A stretch of DNA of 64,000 bases from Asterias rubens. Taxonomy: Eukaryota. Below the pieces are notes generated by a model. The model ran no database searches. It was not told the DNA's origin and was given only the letters and a program-made list of their open reading frames with translations. The first letter of the stretch is position 1. Each line of letters starts with the position of its first letter. The position numbers and the translations under genes were made by a program. Shown piece after piece: positions 13,438-26,367 of the stretch. The DNA lies in contig NC_047078.1 of assembly GCF_902459465.1 (NCBI RefSeq), positions 5,084,001 to 5,148,000 on the forward strand, written 5' to 3'.

Positions 13438-15265
13438 AGTCTGTGGCGTCAAAGGATTCAGTAGCGGTTTCAGAACGAAAGGAGAAGAAGGGATTATGTT
13501 CCAGGAAAACGCACACTTTCAGATAAAAATGCAACAGCGGGACCACCTCAAAAGCAGAGTGACAAATTGATGTGGGGCCTAAAAAACTACATGAGTCAGC
13601 GACCGGAGGGCGAAGACGCTACCTCAATTGAAAGGCACAGAGCTGCAATGAAGACTGAACTCACAAAGAGGAACCCAGAGCAAAGTCGGATCGATCGTCT
13701 AATGACCCTTACATTTGCTGATCGCAGGGACATCATTGTGAAAAAAAAATCCACTGACGGTGGAGATCAAAGCAGATTTTCCAGCTCTTCTTAAAGGGGG
13801 AAGTGAGGTAACTTTATGTTTTTCTGAATGGCATGTCTTGAGCAAAGACATTTGGTATTTTTGGAAAGCATCAACATATAGCCAGAATGCTCAATCGGTA
13901 GATCGCTAGTACATTAAATCACAGCCTCAAATTCAAATCCCAATTTGGCAAAATTTATTTAATAAAATGTACATTGTATAAACACAAATATATATATAAA
14001 AAAAATAATAATAATAGTTTGTAATACAAGTGTTTGATGCATATGTTTGTTAATATGGACTGTTTGAGTACAAACTGCAGTATACATTGTACATAGGAAA
14101 AGCACAATTTTTCTGTACAGTTTAATATACTGTTCCAATTGCCAATTTTGTTTTGTTTATGTTGAGTTTTAATTATGTTTTATTTATGAATATTGTATCA
14201 ATATTGTGCAGGTTCTGAAAGAGTTTAAGCCATATCAACTGAAGAACTGGGGAAGAAACTGACAACTGGTTTGCAGAAGTACCACAAGCAGCTTTTTGCT
14301 CTAGCCAAAAAAGCAGGATCACACCATCATCAAGAAGCTGGTTGAATCTGCATCACTTGAAACAACTGAAGAAAACCGTCAGGGTAAGTGGTGACACATT
14401 GTGCATTTAAGCACTCGGCTTTCCGGGCTTTACTCAAAGTAATCTGCAGTGTTGTAGTCGAGTCACCTAGGTTAAGTCCGAGTCTGAGACCAAGTCTTTG
14501 GCCGACGTGACTCAAGTTGAGTCCAAGTCAGGGAAAATAATCGAGTCCGAGTCCTGGAATCGAGTCGACAGCTGACTCAACAGGAAGGATGATGAAAAGG
14601 TTGGAAGTGGTTTTCAGACACATAAGTATGGGCTGGAGTTTTCAAATTCATCGAACTGTTTGGAAACATTTTTTCAAATAGTGACATGCTCATAATCCCC
14701 ATTCACCCTCCATCATACTTGCAAGTGAAGCTATATGAATGAATGTGCACATGTACTTAATCAAGTACAGGTGAAATTGCATCAGGATTTTCATTTTGCC
14801 AAATAATTTCCAGTCATCATTTCAGTGGTACACTCCAAACCTAGACTACATGAAGCATGATCCCGTTGCTCCTTTGGCCGGTACTTAAGAAGCCTCGGGG
14901 TTTTACTTGCAAGCCAATATGGGGGTTCATTGGTTGGTTTATTGCAACACGTTCACCGAATACTGGCCTTCATACATCCATGCATTTACTCACTCTCTGA
15001 TATGTATTACTTTTTTTTCTCACACTTTTCAGTTGAAGATTCACAAACGCATCCTGTCATCCAACAACACGATGACACCACATTCAAGGTCATCATCGAA
15101 GAGGAGACCGTCATGAAGACCACACCCTTGTTTTCTGCATTTGAGGTGTACTTTGCATCGTTTTATGTTTTTAATTTGTCCTATCCCAAAAAGTTGAGGG
15201 AAGACACTGCAATTTTTCCAAAGGCCGGTCTTGAACATTCAGGACAAAGAAAAAGTCAGCACTAG
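13438..15265 (+). pseudogene. Spliced second ORF of the EnSpm element (TnpA/SAMD3-like)
   Basis: Fragments MKTELTKRNPEQSRIDRLMTLTFADRRDII and FEVYFASFYVFNLSYP, with acceptors near 13438 and 14211 and a donor near 13808. Family assignment is from motif recall. Confidence 0.6.
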
Positions 15266-16704
15266 TGTGTGTGCCCCGCTTGAAACCGTATCTCAGTAAT
15301 AACTGTTGTGACTACTTTCTGCATGTTCAATTACTGACAGGACCAATAAAACAAGTTTTGAAAGTTATGTCAACAAAAGTGAACTTATCTTGCCAATTGT
15401 AATCCCCGATGTCTAAACAAAATGTAATTCTTTTAAGCATATCTAGTTATTGTACCCTTGAAAAAAAAATTGTGAAGAGTTTATTTCCAAAACGCCACAT
15501 ATTCAGCAGAAAATTGCACTACAAATTCTCATCTTGAATATTTTATGAACAAAAAGAAAGATAACTTTGATTACTTTACCATAACTGTTTGTATAACACT
15601 GTTTTTAAATCACATCTTTGTGTTTATTTAAAAAAAAAAATTATGACTGAGGGAAAAAATAAGTTGTCTACCAAAAACAAAAAGAACAATTGGCATATAT
15701 AGCATTTTGGAAACAAACTTTTCGTTTTTCCCTGTGAAAACATTCCATGTTAAATTTATGATTCTGGTTATTGTCAGCTGTGTGGCCAAAAATCTACTCT
15801 CTCTCAAAAAATGGAGATGTGTTTTACTTCTGGAAGTGGGTTCTGGCTCTTTGAAGAGGTGTGGTTTCTTTGCGAAGTAAGGAAAAACCAACCAATGATT
15901 GAAAGTTAGTCGTTACATTTTCGCCAGTGTTGTTGACTTTAATGCGAGGCCATGGACAGAAGGGTAACTGTTTTAGAAAACTTTTCGCCCAAAAAAGTAA
16001 GTTTTAGAATATAGAGCCACCTCAAGTTCAAATGCCAAGGAATTTCGTTGTGAAATATATGCCCAAATTCAGTGAACCAATAACCTAAAATATTACTTGC
16101 TGAGAAACTGTCGTTTTTTACCTTATACCTTATTTTTTGTAGCTGAAGTTGCATGGAATAAATCAGATGTTGTTATGTTATAAATTCGTAATCATGTCAC
16201 TTAAAATGAAAGGATAATTTGACCATTTTCTGTTGTGGTTTTGACGCACCGTTTGTGTTTTTGATCCTTGACGTGACGTGGAACCTGACGAATACGTAGA
16301 GTTACTGCTTGTTGGAGTTCAGAAACTCGACCACTTAATGTGGAGCACCTTGTGTTTGACACTTTTCGAGGTCAGTGTTGCCACATTTCGTCGTTGACAA
16401 ATTCTAATTTTATTCGGTGAATTACTGGTACCTTTACTTTCAAAACTCTTGCCTTTTAATCTCTGCTAACGATTTCCGTGCTATGAAACATTCCCGATCC
16501 CCGAAAAAAAAACAAAAAAACGGTGTGTCCGGAAATTGGGCACAAAATGGGAGTACCGAAAACTTGGGCATGTCGGGTAGCCTTGCTCTAAGACTAAGAG
16601 ACCCTACCCCCAATGAAGCCCAAAAAGGAAGAGCATAAGTATTAACCATGGAGGAATGGAGGAATGAAATAAAGTTATTGTACTCTTTGTATTCACAACA
16701 ATTT

Positions 16705-19194
16705 CTACTACCGTAGAATTCGACTCCGTGAATTCTTCCTCGACTCACCATCCATGGATCCTGAGCCATTTTATTGTAAGAGTAAATGGGTACCACCTAA
16801 GAACCGTGTTCCGTCCCTTGAAACTTACCTGCAGGTTGTTAGTTCACAAATTAACTCGAATGATCATTCTACCCACAGGACTCATGACAACCTCCCTAGA
16901 GAAGAGCGTGAGGTTCTTAAGACTCAACGAGCACGGAAAGACATCATCATCAAGCCAGCCGACAAGCTGTTGTTGTCATGGGCCGTCAGCAATACATCGA
17001 TGAAGCCATGAGACAACTGAACAACCAAACTAATTATAAACCACTTGACACTGATCCAACAGGCACCTTCTCAAAGGAGATTCAACAAACACTGGACGAA
17101 ATGCATGACCGTGACAACCTAACCAAGAAAGCTCACAAGTTTCTCTCCCCGGTCGACTGTAGAACAGCCAGGTTTTATCTCCTTCCCAAGGTACACAAAC
17201 CAGACAACCCAGGAAGACCCATCATTTTTGGCAATGGTTCCCCCACTCAGAACATCTCTCTTTTTGTTGACAGTTTTCTCAACCCGTTAATGCCGCAGAT
17301 TCCATCATACATTCATGACACTCCAGATTTCCTCCGCAAAATCTCAGGTATTCAGAACCAGGTCCCAAACACAGCCATCATCGGTAGTTTTGATGTAACC
17401 TCTCTATACACCAACATTCCCCAAGATGAAGGGATTGCTGCCTGCTCTTCAGCTCTGGCTAAGAGTGGTCACACGTCACCGCCCATTTCTGACATTGTAT
17501 CCCTCATGCAACATGTTCTAACAAAAAGTAAACTTTTCTTTCTTGGGTAAGAATTTCCTACCGGTACATGGCACTGCAATGGGCACACGTATGGCACCAT
17601 CAATGGCGTGCCTTTTCATGAGCCATCTTGAACAGCACATGTTGGCAACAGCCCCTTGCCGTCCCTGGGTCTGGTAGCGCTATATCGATGACATCTTTTT
17701 CATCTGGACAAGCGATGAAGCAAGCCCCACAGCTTTCATTAATCACATGAATTCCTTCCACAGGGCCATCAAATTCACGAGCGAATACTCAACCAAGAAT
17801 ACACATTTTCTGGATGTCAAGGTTCTCCTCAAGACGGATGAAGGCTTAACCACAGATCTCTTCGTTAAACCCACAGATAAACACCAATACCTACATTCCA
17901 CTAGCTGTCACCCCCGACACTGCAAAACCAGCATAGCCTACAGTCAGGCCCTCAGACTCCGTCGAATCTGTTCTTATGATTCTGATTTTATCCACCACTC
18001 ACAGGAACTTAAGAAACACCTTGTTTCCAGGGGTCATAGCTCTCTAGCAGTCCATCGAGCGATCCAGAATATCAAGGGAGTCAGTACTTTCCAAAGGACC
18101 CAAAAAACAACAGAGTCCTACGGGGAAAGTTCCTTTTAATGTCACTTTCCACCCCTCACTTCCTCCCATTCGTAAAATAACCAGTTCGAACCATCATATT
18201 CTTCACACATCAGATCGACTTCAACGTGCTGTGCAGGAAGAACCCATAGTTGCCTACAGATGCCCACCAAGTCTCAGGGATCTCATTGTCCGAGCAGAAG
18301 TCCCTCCCATTAATGATGATGTTAATCCCCCTCTACCACAGGGAACTTTTAGGTGTTCCAACATCTCCAAATGCATCATCTGTAGACAACACATCGGGGA
18401 ATCGGACTCCTTCACCAGTAACACCGGCGGTACCACCCATAAGACAAGGGGTCATGTCACCTTCACCACCACTAATCTCATTTATCTCATATCTTGCAGA
18501 GTCTGTGGTGTTCCATAATAGGTGAAACAAGAACTACACTCAAGAGGCGTTTCTATGGCCACAGATCTACAGTCAAGACCCAAAAGCTAGACATACCTGT
18601 AGGACATCACTTTAATCTTCCTAATCACTCCATTTCTGACATGATCTTACAGGCCATAGAAGCACTAGGCAACCACAGATAGACTGTGCGTTTGAGTAGG
18701 GAGAAACTCTGGATTAGACGCCTCCTCACCATTCAACCCCATGGTCTGAACATCCAAGAAGGAATCGACTAATAAACCTTTTGTTTTGCCATCTCCTTTT
18801 TCCCCACAGCCTTTTAGCTTGAGCCTCATTCACTAATCAATTACTTTTTTACCCCACCTCCCCACCCTTGATATTGTCCTTTGTGTTTCTATCTTCTTGT
18901 AGTCAAGCCAGCCCCTTCCTCCCCCCTTTTGTCCCCTACTCACTGTTTACCCCTTGCTTTTTCTCCTGTTCACTGTTTACCCCCTTGCTTTTTCTGTATG
19001 CTTTCTAACCTTATTCATGTATTTCCACCTCACTGCAAAAAGTAGTTACCTGTTCATGTTTGTTGTGTGTTGTCATTTAGCCTTCGAGAAAGACTCTGCA
19101 GGGTCGAAACGTCAGGCCATTAACTTATTTTTCGCATTTATACTCTCGGTCCATTTGGTTGGTAAGTTGTTTGCAACAGCTAATTCTATTTTCT
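16705..19194 (+). mobile_element. Penelope-like element, 5'-truncated decayed copy
   Basis: Colinear with 51336-53774 of the intact copy. RT (YIDD) and GIY-YIG are split by frameshifts and stops (ORFs 16754, 16978, 17747, 18231, 18494). Includes the 3' pLTR. Confidence 0.92.
19080..19117 (+). ncRNA. Minimal hammerhead ribozyme-like motif in the PLE pLTR
   Basis: gcct-tcgagaaa-gactct-gc-agggtc-gaaacgtc-aggc: helix I gcct/aggc, helix II, GAAA, palindromic ACGU helix III, GUC cleavage triplet. Confidence 0.65.
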
Positions 19195-19688
19195 AAAAAA
19201 TAAATTATCATAAAATACAATCAATGAGTTCAACAATTAATGACAAAGTGATTGTAAATATGGATAATAAGGGTTTATTATAAATCAATTCTAAAATGTT
19301 TACTTGGACTACGTTGGAATTTTTAATGCTCTATTCAAGTGTCATTAGGGAACACTTCAAACATTCCCTTTTTTTTTTTTTTTTTTTTTAGACTGACAAG
19401 TTTCACACTTTTGTGGTATGCTTAAGTGTATTAAACAATGTTGATGACAGACTAGCTACTTCAACATATCAAAGTAGGTCATTTTGATATCCAGGTTTTC
19501 ATTATATTTCCGGTTGGTTACAAACGTGACCGACATGTTTTTGACAGTTGTTGAGTTTGTTTGTTGTTTTAGAAAATTTATATCAGAGACATTCCTTGAC
19601 ATTATTGCATAAATTATAGAAAAAAAATTGAAAACTGTTGACATATCCTTCATTAGGCAATGTCCACTGGTCTCACAGAACACATTAA

Positions 19689-20450
19689 GTGGACATCCTA
19701 GGAGCAAAACAGGATGTATCTGTACCTGCCCTGCAAAAACTTAAATGTCATGAGTTGAAGTTTTGGCTTCAATGCCGTGGAGATTCCTGCAAAGGCCTGA
19801 AAACCAAGGCACAGCTGATACAGAGGTATGTATGCTGAATAAAAAATACACCACATTTGATGCTGATTAAAACTAGTGAATGCCATGTGTTTGTGGGAAA
19901 GGGAGGTTTAGGGTATACATGTAATATTAGTCGCTGGCCAAGGTTAGAGTAACTGCCTAGAATGGATACAGGGGAGAAAGACTTAAGGCTGTCATGAGGG
20001 GGTAATCTGTTTTTTGGAGGGGATGAGGGAAAGGGCTCTTACAGCTACCCCCCCCCCCCCCGCCCCCCCATGACATGCCTGCAGCTAGCAGCATGGTTTT
20101 CTTTGAGAAAGTATTGGGGAAAATATCAGATGACAAGTGCAATCTTGTTTGCATGAATTAAAGTCTGTATTTGATATGTTTTTTCATCTTTTCTTATTTG
20201 CTATTTTAGAATTCAACAGACTGTTTCAAATGGCAAGCATTCTACAGTCATTGATCCCACCCCAGATAAGCATTGGGCACAAAGGGTACCAACTCGGCCT
20301 ATATGCACCATACACTCTGCTGACCCTTTTCCCAAGAAAGGATCATACCACCAGTGGGGCAGTTCTACTGACTGGGGTAAGAGGCTTGAAAGCCTTCCAT
20401 CCCTTACACGGCGAGATAGATATGCACATAGACACTGTGAACATGAGAAT
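19689..20450 (+). pseudogene. Remnant of the ISL2EU accessory ORF (SAP-like N-terminus of the YqaJ-type protein)
   Basis: Hand translation gives LQKLKCHELKFWLQCRGDSCKGLKTKAQLIQR ending at a gtatg donor, then VIDPTPDKHW...WGKRLESLPSLT. Convergent with the DDE ORF. Confidence 0.5.
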
Positions 20451-22050
20451 TAGGCCACAGAAGGACTTGACTGAGTGTCAAAACCTGCAATCCGTGGTGC
20501 ACACCTCAATTCAGAGGTTATTTCCACGCACTCAGATGAAAACAAACCAAAACGGTTAAAAAAATGTTCAGCAAGCCAATTATAACACTTTAGTTAGCCC
20601 TCATATTTGTTCAACAGGCCTTGCATTACAAAGCATCACACAAACATTCTTTGACGTGAATGAATGCTCCAAAATAATTCTTTTCTGACAGGTTTGCTGA
20701 AATACAAATTGATGATCCTTTAATTTTGCATCTTGTATTCTTTATACAATAGTTCAGTTGGAAAAAATAATTTTGCACACTCCTGTGTATTTTAAAAAAT
20801 AGTCTTGCTGAGTACTGACAAATACATGTACACACATGTAGCTGGATTCTCAATGTGAAGTCATCATTACATAATAATATTGATAAGTTATTCCAGAGAA
20901 CAATTGTTCTGGGACAGGGTCTTCCAAAACAATGAAAAATATCTGTTCTTTATAGTAGAAAAAACACTTGCGATGACTTATTATGTTATGCATGTGACCT
21001 CACGTTGAGAATTCAGCCATACATTATATCAGCAAGTGGCCAAATTAGGTTAGCGTTACTGAAGACTAATATTTAAAAAACAAATTAGTTAATCATTTAA
21101 AAGTACACAGGAATGTACAACAAGATTTTTTCTAACTAAGGAAATACAGGTGTAACATAAAAGCACCATTACTTAGTATTTTAACAAACCTTTAAGTAGT
21201 ATTTAAATAAAAGGCATGAGAGTGCTACGTATAAAATGAATATCAGTGACTTTGTCTGTATTTTTTTACAAGGAATGGTTTGTTTTACACATTACCAGAC
21301 AATATCACATTGTATCTTTCAAGGAAAAAAAATGCTTTATACACAGCATAGGGGGTTATAGTTGCAAGTAAATGTACTTTGTCAAATTATTTCTTTCACT
21401 TTGTACACATTGTTTAAGGAACTTACACGCCCATTTGTAATATTGAGTTAAAATATTGTAACAATAAGTTGTGTTATCGCTCTGAGGTTCCCTAGGGGCT
21501 AAGTCCGACCTCATGTCCCAAGGTGGAATTTTACAACTTAATTGATTGATGGGTTAACCTCATTGTGTAAGGTATGACTAGTTTCAATAATTGTTTTAGT
21601 GCATTCTGACTGTGTGCCCACGTGATTGGAGTCAGGTGGGCATGCAGATTAATGTTTGGCCAGGTGCCAGTTAACAAATATAACATTTGTGTGCCAAATA
21701 AGTAATAGGGGCGTGGTACCCATTAATGGTTGTGTCACGTGTACATTGGAAGAAGAAGCCATGTTGGCCAGATTTGTTGTGGTGTGGCAATTGTTTGCCA
21801 ATTAATTACTTCGGGCGTGGTGTCCAGTAATGGTTGAGGTCACGTGTTCATGGGAAGAAGAATCCAGGTACTGGGCAAATTTGATGAGTGTTATGTGGGC
21901 AGAAGAAGCCAAGTACTGGCCAAACACTTGTGGGGTCATGTGTACCCTGAGCTATTTTTATGTGTGTCACTGGCTAGCCATAAGTTTTTCGGCAACCTTC
22001 ACAATTTTTGTTTTGGAAATAAAACAGTTTTCAGTGGCTGTGGCAATCAA

Positions 22051-23050
22051 TCAAAATATAATTTGTCTGCTTGTTTTATTCGTATCTGAGTATAATGAGA
22101 TTACTGGATTAAAACTATTTGTCAAAAGACAGCACACTGTCCAAATCTGATTAATGGAGCCGTGCATGGTCAGAGGAATCGCACTGTCAAAAATACGAAA
22201 TTTCTTGACATTGTTTATCGCCCTTTCGACATGGATTCTCTCTGCTGCTATTTGCTGTGTCTCAATGGTCTCATCTTCTTCAAACTGCTTCCTTTCTTTG
22301 AGGAAGGCAGGGATATTTAGTTTGACACCCATTGGCTTTAGCAAATCATCAATTGTGAAACCACGGTCTGCCATCACAACATCACCCTTTTGAAACAGCT
22401 TGGGATCCAGAAACCCACTCCGTATAACTGTTTCTCTATCTGACATTGATCCAGGATACAGTTGACTTAATGAATGTTATTGCACCACTAGGTGCGATAC
22501 CCAGGAGTCCTTTGTAAGTTATATGATGCTTATAGTTTGACCAAAACATACTTTGGAGCATCAGAGAATCTGGGATCTGTGCAAATATTTCAGATATTTT
22601 AAATTTAGATGAAATAAATGAGTGTAAATTATGTCGGTAGGATACCTTATTCCACGAAACAAGTCGTCTTGATAAGATAAATAATGTTGGTAATGAAATA
22701 TGTGGGATGGCACTCCTGGAGCTCCGTAGGTTTACTTCCGTTATCGGAAATCCCCACCAGGCTATCTGGAAATTCCCAATGAGAAACTGAAACTGCAATT
22801 CTACCGAATCCAAGCTGTGGGAGCTATTGAAATAATGTTCGTGTTGACAAAAGAGACGGTCGTGTTGGCGTTGGTGACCTCTATGCCGATTCATTTTGTT
22901 CGTTCTCTCGCCGTCATGTCCCAACACCTCTTTGTCCTTTCATGTTTTGCAAAAAAATATATCTGGGTTATGGGTTTTATTATTATTATGTGTAGTCTCT
23001 CGCCCTCTCCTTCTAGTTTTATTAATGCTATTTTTAAATGCCTTTGATAA
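22051..23050 (-). pseudogene. PIF/Harbinger-ISL2EU (DDE_Tnp_4) transposase remnant
   Basis: WSNYKHHITYKGLLGIAPSGAITF, VMADRGF and IAAERIHVERAI motifs in frameshifted ORFs 22436-22927 and 22051-22446. Confidence 0.85.
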
Positions 23051-23341
23051 TGTTTTCACAGAACCTCGGGTAAGTATAACCCAAAATGACTATTCTTTGT
23101 CCCCGATGCAAATTAGCATATTAAATCGTTTGCAGTACCCCCTTGCCAGGTCTAGCAAGGCCTGGACCAGCCCTGGCCCGGTGGTTTGATGCTAGTTGGG
23201 ATCGGTGTATATGGGTAAAAACCAAAATGAATATGCTTTATAGCGATACAAATTAACATAACAATATTTTGCAGTACCCGTTGCAAAAACCTAGGATTCG
23301 AACTGCCTCTAGCCACAGGCAGTCGGTGGTCAGTTATGCAA

Positions 23342-23665
23342 AGGCACTATTGGTAATTACTCAAAATAATTATCAGCATAAAACCTTTCTTGGTGACGAG
23401 TAATGGGGAAAGGTTGATAGAATACAACATTGTGAAAAACGGCTCCCTCTGAAGTAACGTAGTTTTTGAGAAAGAAGTAATTTGCCACGAAATTGATTTC
23501 GAGACCTCAGATTTATAATTTGAGGTCTCGAAATCAAGCATCTGAAAGCAGGCAACTTCGATGACCGATTGAGCTCAAATTTTCACAGGTTTGTTAATTC
23601 ATGCAGATGGGAATCACAAAGTGAGAAGACTGCTCGTTGACAGTTACCAATAATGTCCAGTGTCT
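23342..23665. mobile_element. Kolobok-like MITE copy
   Basis: Same internal sequence as 3709-4070; ends ccaataatgtccagtgtctt. Confidence 0.7.
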
Positions 23666-23807
23666 TTTTAATTGTTAATAATTGCTAAACTGAAGAGAAA
23701 AACACAGTCATGCAATTAAGTTCGAATAAAAGGTACAAAGGCCAGTAACGGTTTACGTACGTATTCACAGAAACATGTATACGTAATGGGGTGTATATCT
23801 GTAGGCT

Positions 23808-23946
23808 GGAGATTCCCGGCCTGATGAAAAACATACACGTTACCCAAGTTGGAAAACCCCCTGGTGATTATTGTTTGCGTGGCTGTGTGTAAGGTACGCA
23901 TTTCGCTTGCTGTGTTCAACGTATGGAGATATTATAGGGAATTCTC
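23808..23946. promoter_or_regulatory. Cluster of NF-kB-like sites upstream of IgSF gene 1
   Basis: GGAGATTCCC (23808-23817) and GGAAAACCCC (23851-23860) match GGGRNWYYCC on the minus strand. GGGAATTCTC (23937-23946) is a near match. A probable 5'UTR donor aag|gtacgc lies at ~23893. Confidence 0.35.
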
Positions 23947-24052
23947 GTTCCATTTCTCGTACCGTTCAAAATAATTGTTTTGATTTTGTTTTTGTTTTTG
24001 TTTTTGGAGCTCAATATTTTAGTATTTTTACTACTATAATTTTTTGAACAGG

Positions 24053-24449
24053 ATGTTATCATCAATCATGATTGGCATATTGGTAATAATAAGACTGATT
24101 CCAGCTGCATGCACCAGTGGCATCTCTCCGACGCACGTTGAATTCGAGAGAGGCAGTCGAGGGGTTGTACCTTGTCCTGATATTGTGGATAGAGGCTATT
24201 CAGCAAGTGACATCGAAGCAATCTACTGGTATTTCTTACCGAAGGGAAGCTCGCATTCCCCGGAAAGTATAATAACATATTTCCGCGGAGTTACTACCCA
24301 TCAAAGCAGTAACACTGAGCGGTATGACATTCAAAATACTTCGTTGGTGATCACCAATGTAACTGTGTCAGCAGAAGGCACATATAGCTACAGATATGTG
24401 TCATGGTATAAAGCGCCCAAAGATGGATCAGTTGATGTTTCTGAAAAGG
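24053..24449 (+). CDS. IgSF gene 1 exon: signal peptide + V-like Ig domain
   Basis: Acceptor tttgaacag at 24051, ATG at 24053. MLSSIMIGILVIIRLIPAACTS signal; VVPC...IYW...SLVITNVTVSAEGTY Ig pattern; phase-1 donor G|gtgagt. Confidence 0.8.
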
Positions 24450-24592
24450 GTGAGTATGGGTTCTTAACAATTGAATTCTTAAAGTGTTCTGTATTGTAAC
24501 CTGGAAGAGTGGAGTCAAGTATTGAAAACTTGTATGAGACATATTTCTAATCTAGCACAATGTAATGGGTTACAATGTGATGTGGTGCATAA

Positions 24593-24740
24593 AGGCCGAG
24601 TTATAGTCGGTCGCGCGATGGTCGGGCGTCGGAAATCTTGACGCGCGATCATAAAAAGACACGGTTTTAGGCCTCAGTCTTAGGATTGCGCGTAAGATTT
24701 CCGTCGCGCGACCATCGCGCGACCGACTATAAACCGGCCT
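24593..24740. mobile_element. Tourist/Harbinger-type hairpin MITE
   Basis: TAA TSD (24590-24592, 24741-24743). Long TIR aggccg..ttatagtcggtcgcgcgatggtcg / cgaccatcgcgcgaccgactataaaccggcct. Confidence 0.85.
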
Positions 24741-24749
24741 TAATGCTGT

Positions 24750-24989
24750 CGATCACGCCAGGAACGCCAATGCAAGCCCCTTCTGTCTTTACGATTAGTG
24801 CACTGTGTGTCCTTTTAATTGCGTAATACAGCACACGGGACCAACGGCTTAAGTCCCATCCGAAGGACGCAGCAATAATGGTTCAGTGTCTTGCTAAAGG
24901 AGAGTGTCACGACTCCCGAACCCAAACTCTACTGAACAGAAACACTGGCGCTTCAGTCAGGTGCTCTTATCCGCTCGGCCGCGACACGC
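24750..24989 (-). mobile_element. tRNA-derived SINE
   Basis: The reverse strand begins gcgtgtcgcggccgagcggataagagcac (A-box-like) with a degenerate B box gggttcg, then a conserved-looking body gtccttcggatgggacttaagccgttggtccc. Confidence 0.65.
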
Positions 24990-25787
24990 AAATGCTTTCA
25001 CTGAATTGCTTGCACGGTGTATGATCGTACAACTTTAACTTACCTTCAAATGTGTTTGAGAAGTCAAACTCTTAAATAAAGTTTAATATTTCAAAGAATT
25101 ATATTTGGAGAAATATAGTTTGCTTATGTAATATCTTTGCAAGAATTAAAGTTCTTGAATGTTGTTCGAAACGTACACTCCATGTGACCTAGTTTAAAAA
25201 CTATGTTTTACTGATGGATTCATAGAAGGGTTAGACCTACTGAGTATTTTGTAACTCATGTGAGAACAAAAACCAAGTTCAATCCGTAGAAGTTCTCACA
25301 CTGCACAATCGTTGTTCAGATACTTTGACAAATTTGTCATCAGGCGAAGTCATTTCCAAGATTAATGGTATATTAATACTGAACGAATGTTAAGTAATAC
25401 TTGCTGCTGTTTGACAATATTTTATTCCCTCTTTTTTAAAAGAAGTGAGCGACATTGGGCAAACGTTGGGCAAATCATTCGTAATGTGATTTCATCTTAT
25501 ATGTTGGCTACACTGGGTGGGTTTGATTAGCTTCACCACCGGGTTGACCCCTGTGTGCTCATCCGTGTGACGTTTTTTTTTTCCAGGACGAACGTGTGCA
25601 GACTCACTTTATTCCTGAAAAAAAAAACATCACTCACCCAGTGTTGTTGTCCATATGTCACTTTTGTTAATTTTAATAATTGCAATTGCTGGTGAAATGG
25701 TGCACATTGGGGTCTTGTCCAGGCTTTAATTTTTAATTGTTCATATAATAATGATTACATTTATATAGCGCTTTATACTATCTTTAA

Positions 25788-26367
25788 AGTCACCTGGAAG
25801 TGGTATTTTTTCAAAATAAAGCTTTTGTCACCAATATATGTGTTTTGATGAGTGGAATCTGAATAAACAGTTAACTAAGGTTTTACAAAATCAGTTCTTA
25901 TGTTATTTACAAATTTAAGAGTAGACCCCGACCCGAGAGGGCGCTGTTCGTGACGTCAATCGAGGCAGACGTTGCCTGTAATGCGTAGAGTAAACACAAT
26001 TGCAAAGTGCATGTACGGACCAAGTCGTGAGTTTGTACATTTCAAAAGAAATATTGTTGTTTTTTTTCCAACAATGCCGACCATCCAGGCGTATTGCTGC
26101 TGAATGCAGAAAAACACTTTTTGAAATGTACCAACTCACGACTTGGACGTACATGTACTTTGCACGTGTGTTTACTATACGCATTGCGGGCAAAGTCTGC
26201 CTCGATTGACGTCACAAAAGGGGTAGGCGGAGTCAGCCCCCCAAACAACTTTATCTATTTTTTAAACATATAAATCGTTACAAACATTTACTAAAAAAAT
26301 TGTTTTATTGTTCGTAAGCATATACTCTTATGTGTGAAAGAAGAAAAAAAATTATTTCCAGGTGACT
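25788..26367. mobile_element. Kolobok-like MITE (second family)
   Basis: TTAA|agtcacctggaa ... ttccaggtgact|TTAA, with internal inverted gtgacgtcaatcgaggcagac / gtctgcctcgattgacgtcac. Confidence 0.8.

Larger units (their letters stand above)
5200..16140 (+). mobile_element. Decayed EnSpm/CACTA (CMC) DNA transposon with transposase and second-ORF remnants; outer ends not resolved
   Basis: Transposase remnants at 6187-7304 and 11323-11880, spliced ORF2 remnants at 13438-15265, and subterminal tandem repeats at 5520-5870. Termini were not identified, so the limits are approximate. Confidence 0.55.

Noticed and set aside
24750-24989. tRNA-like sequence
   Set aside because: No complete cloverleaf, and it continues into a SINE body.
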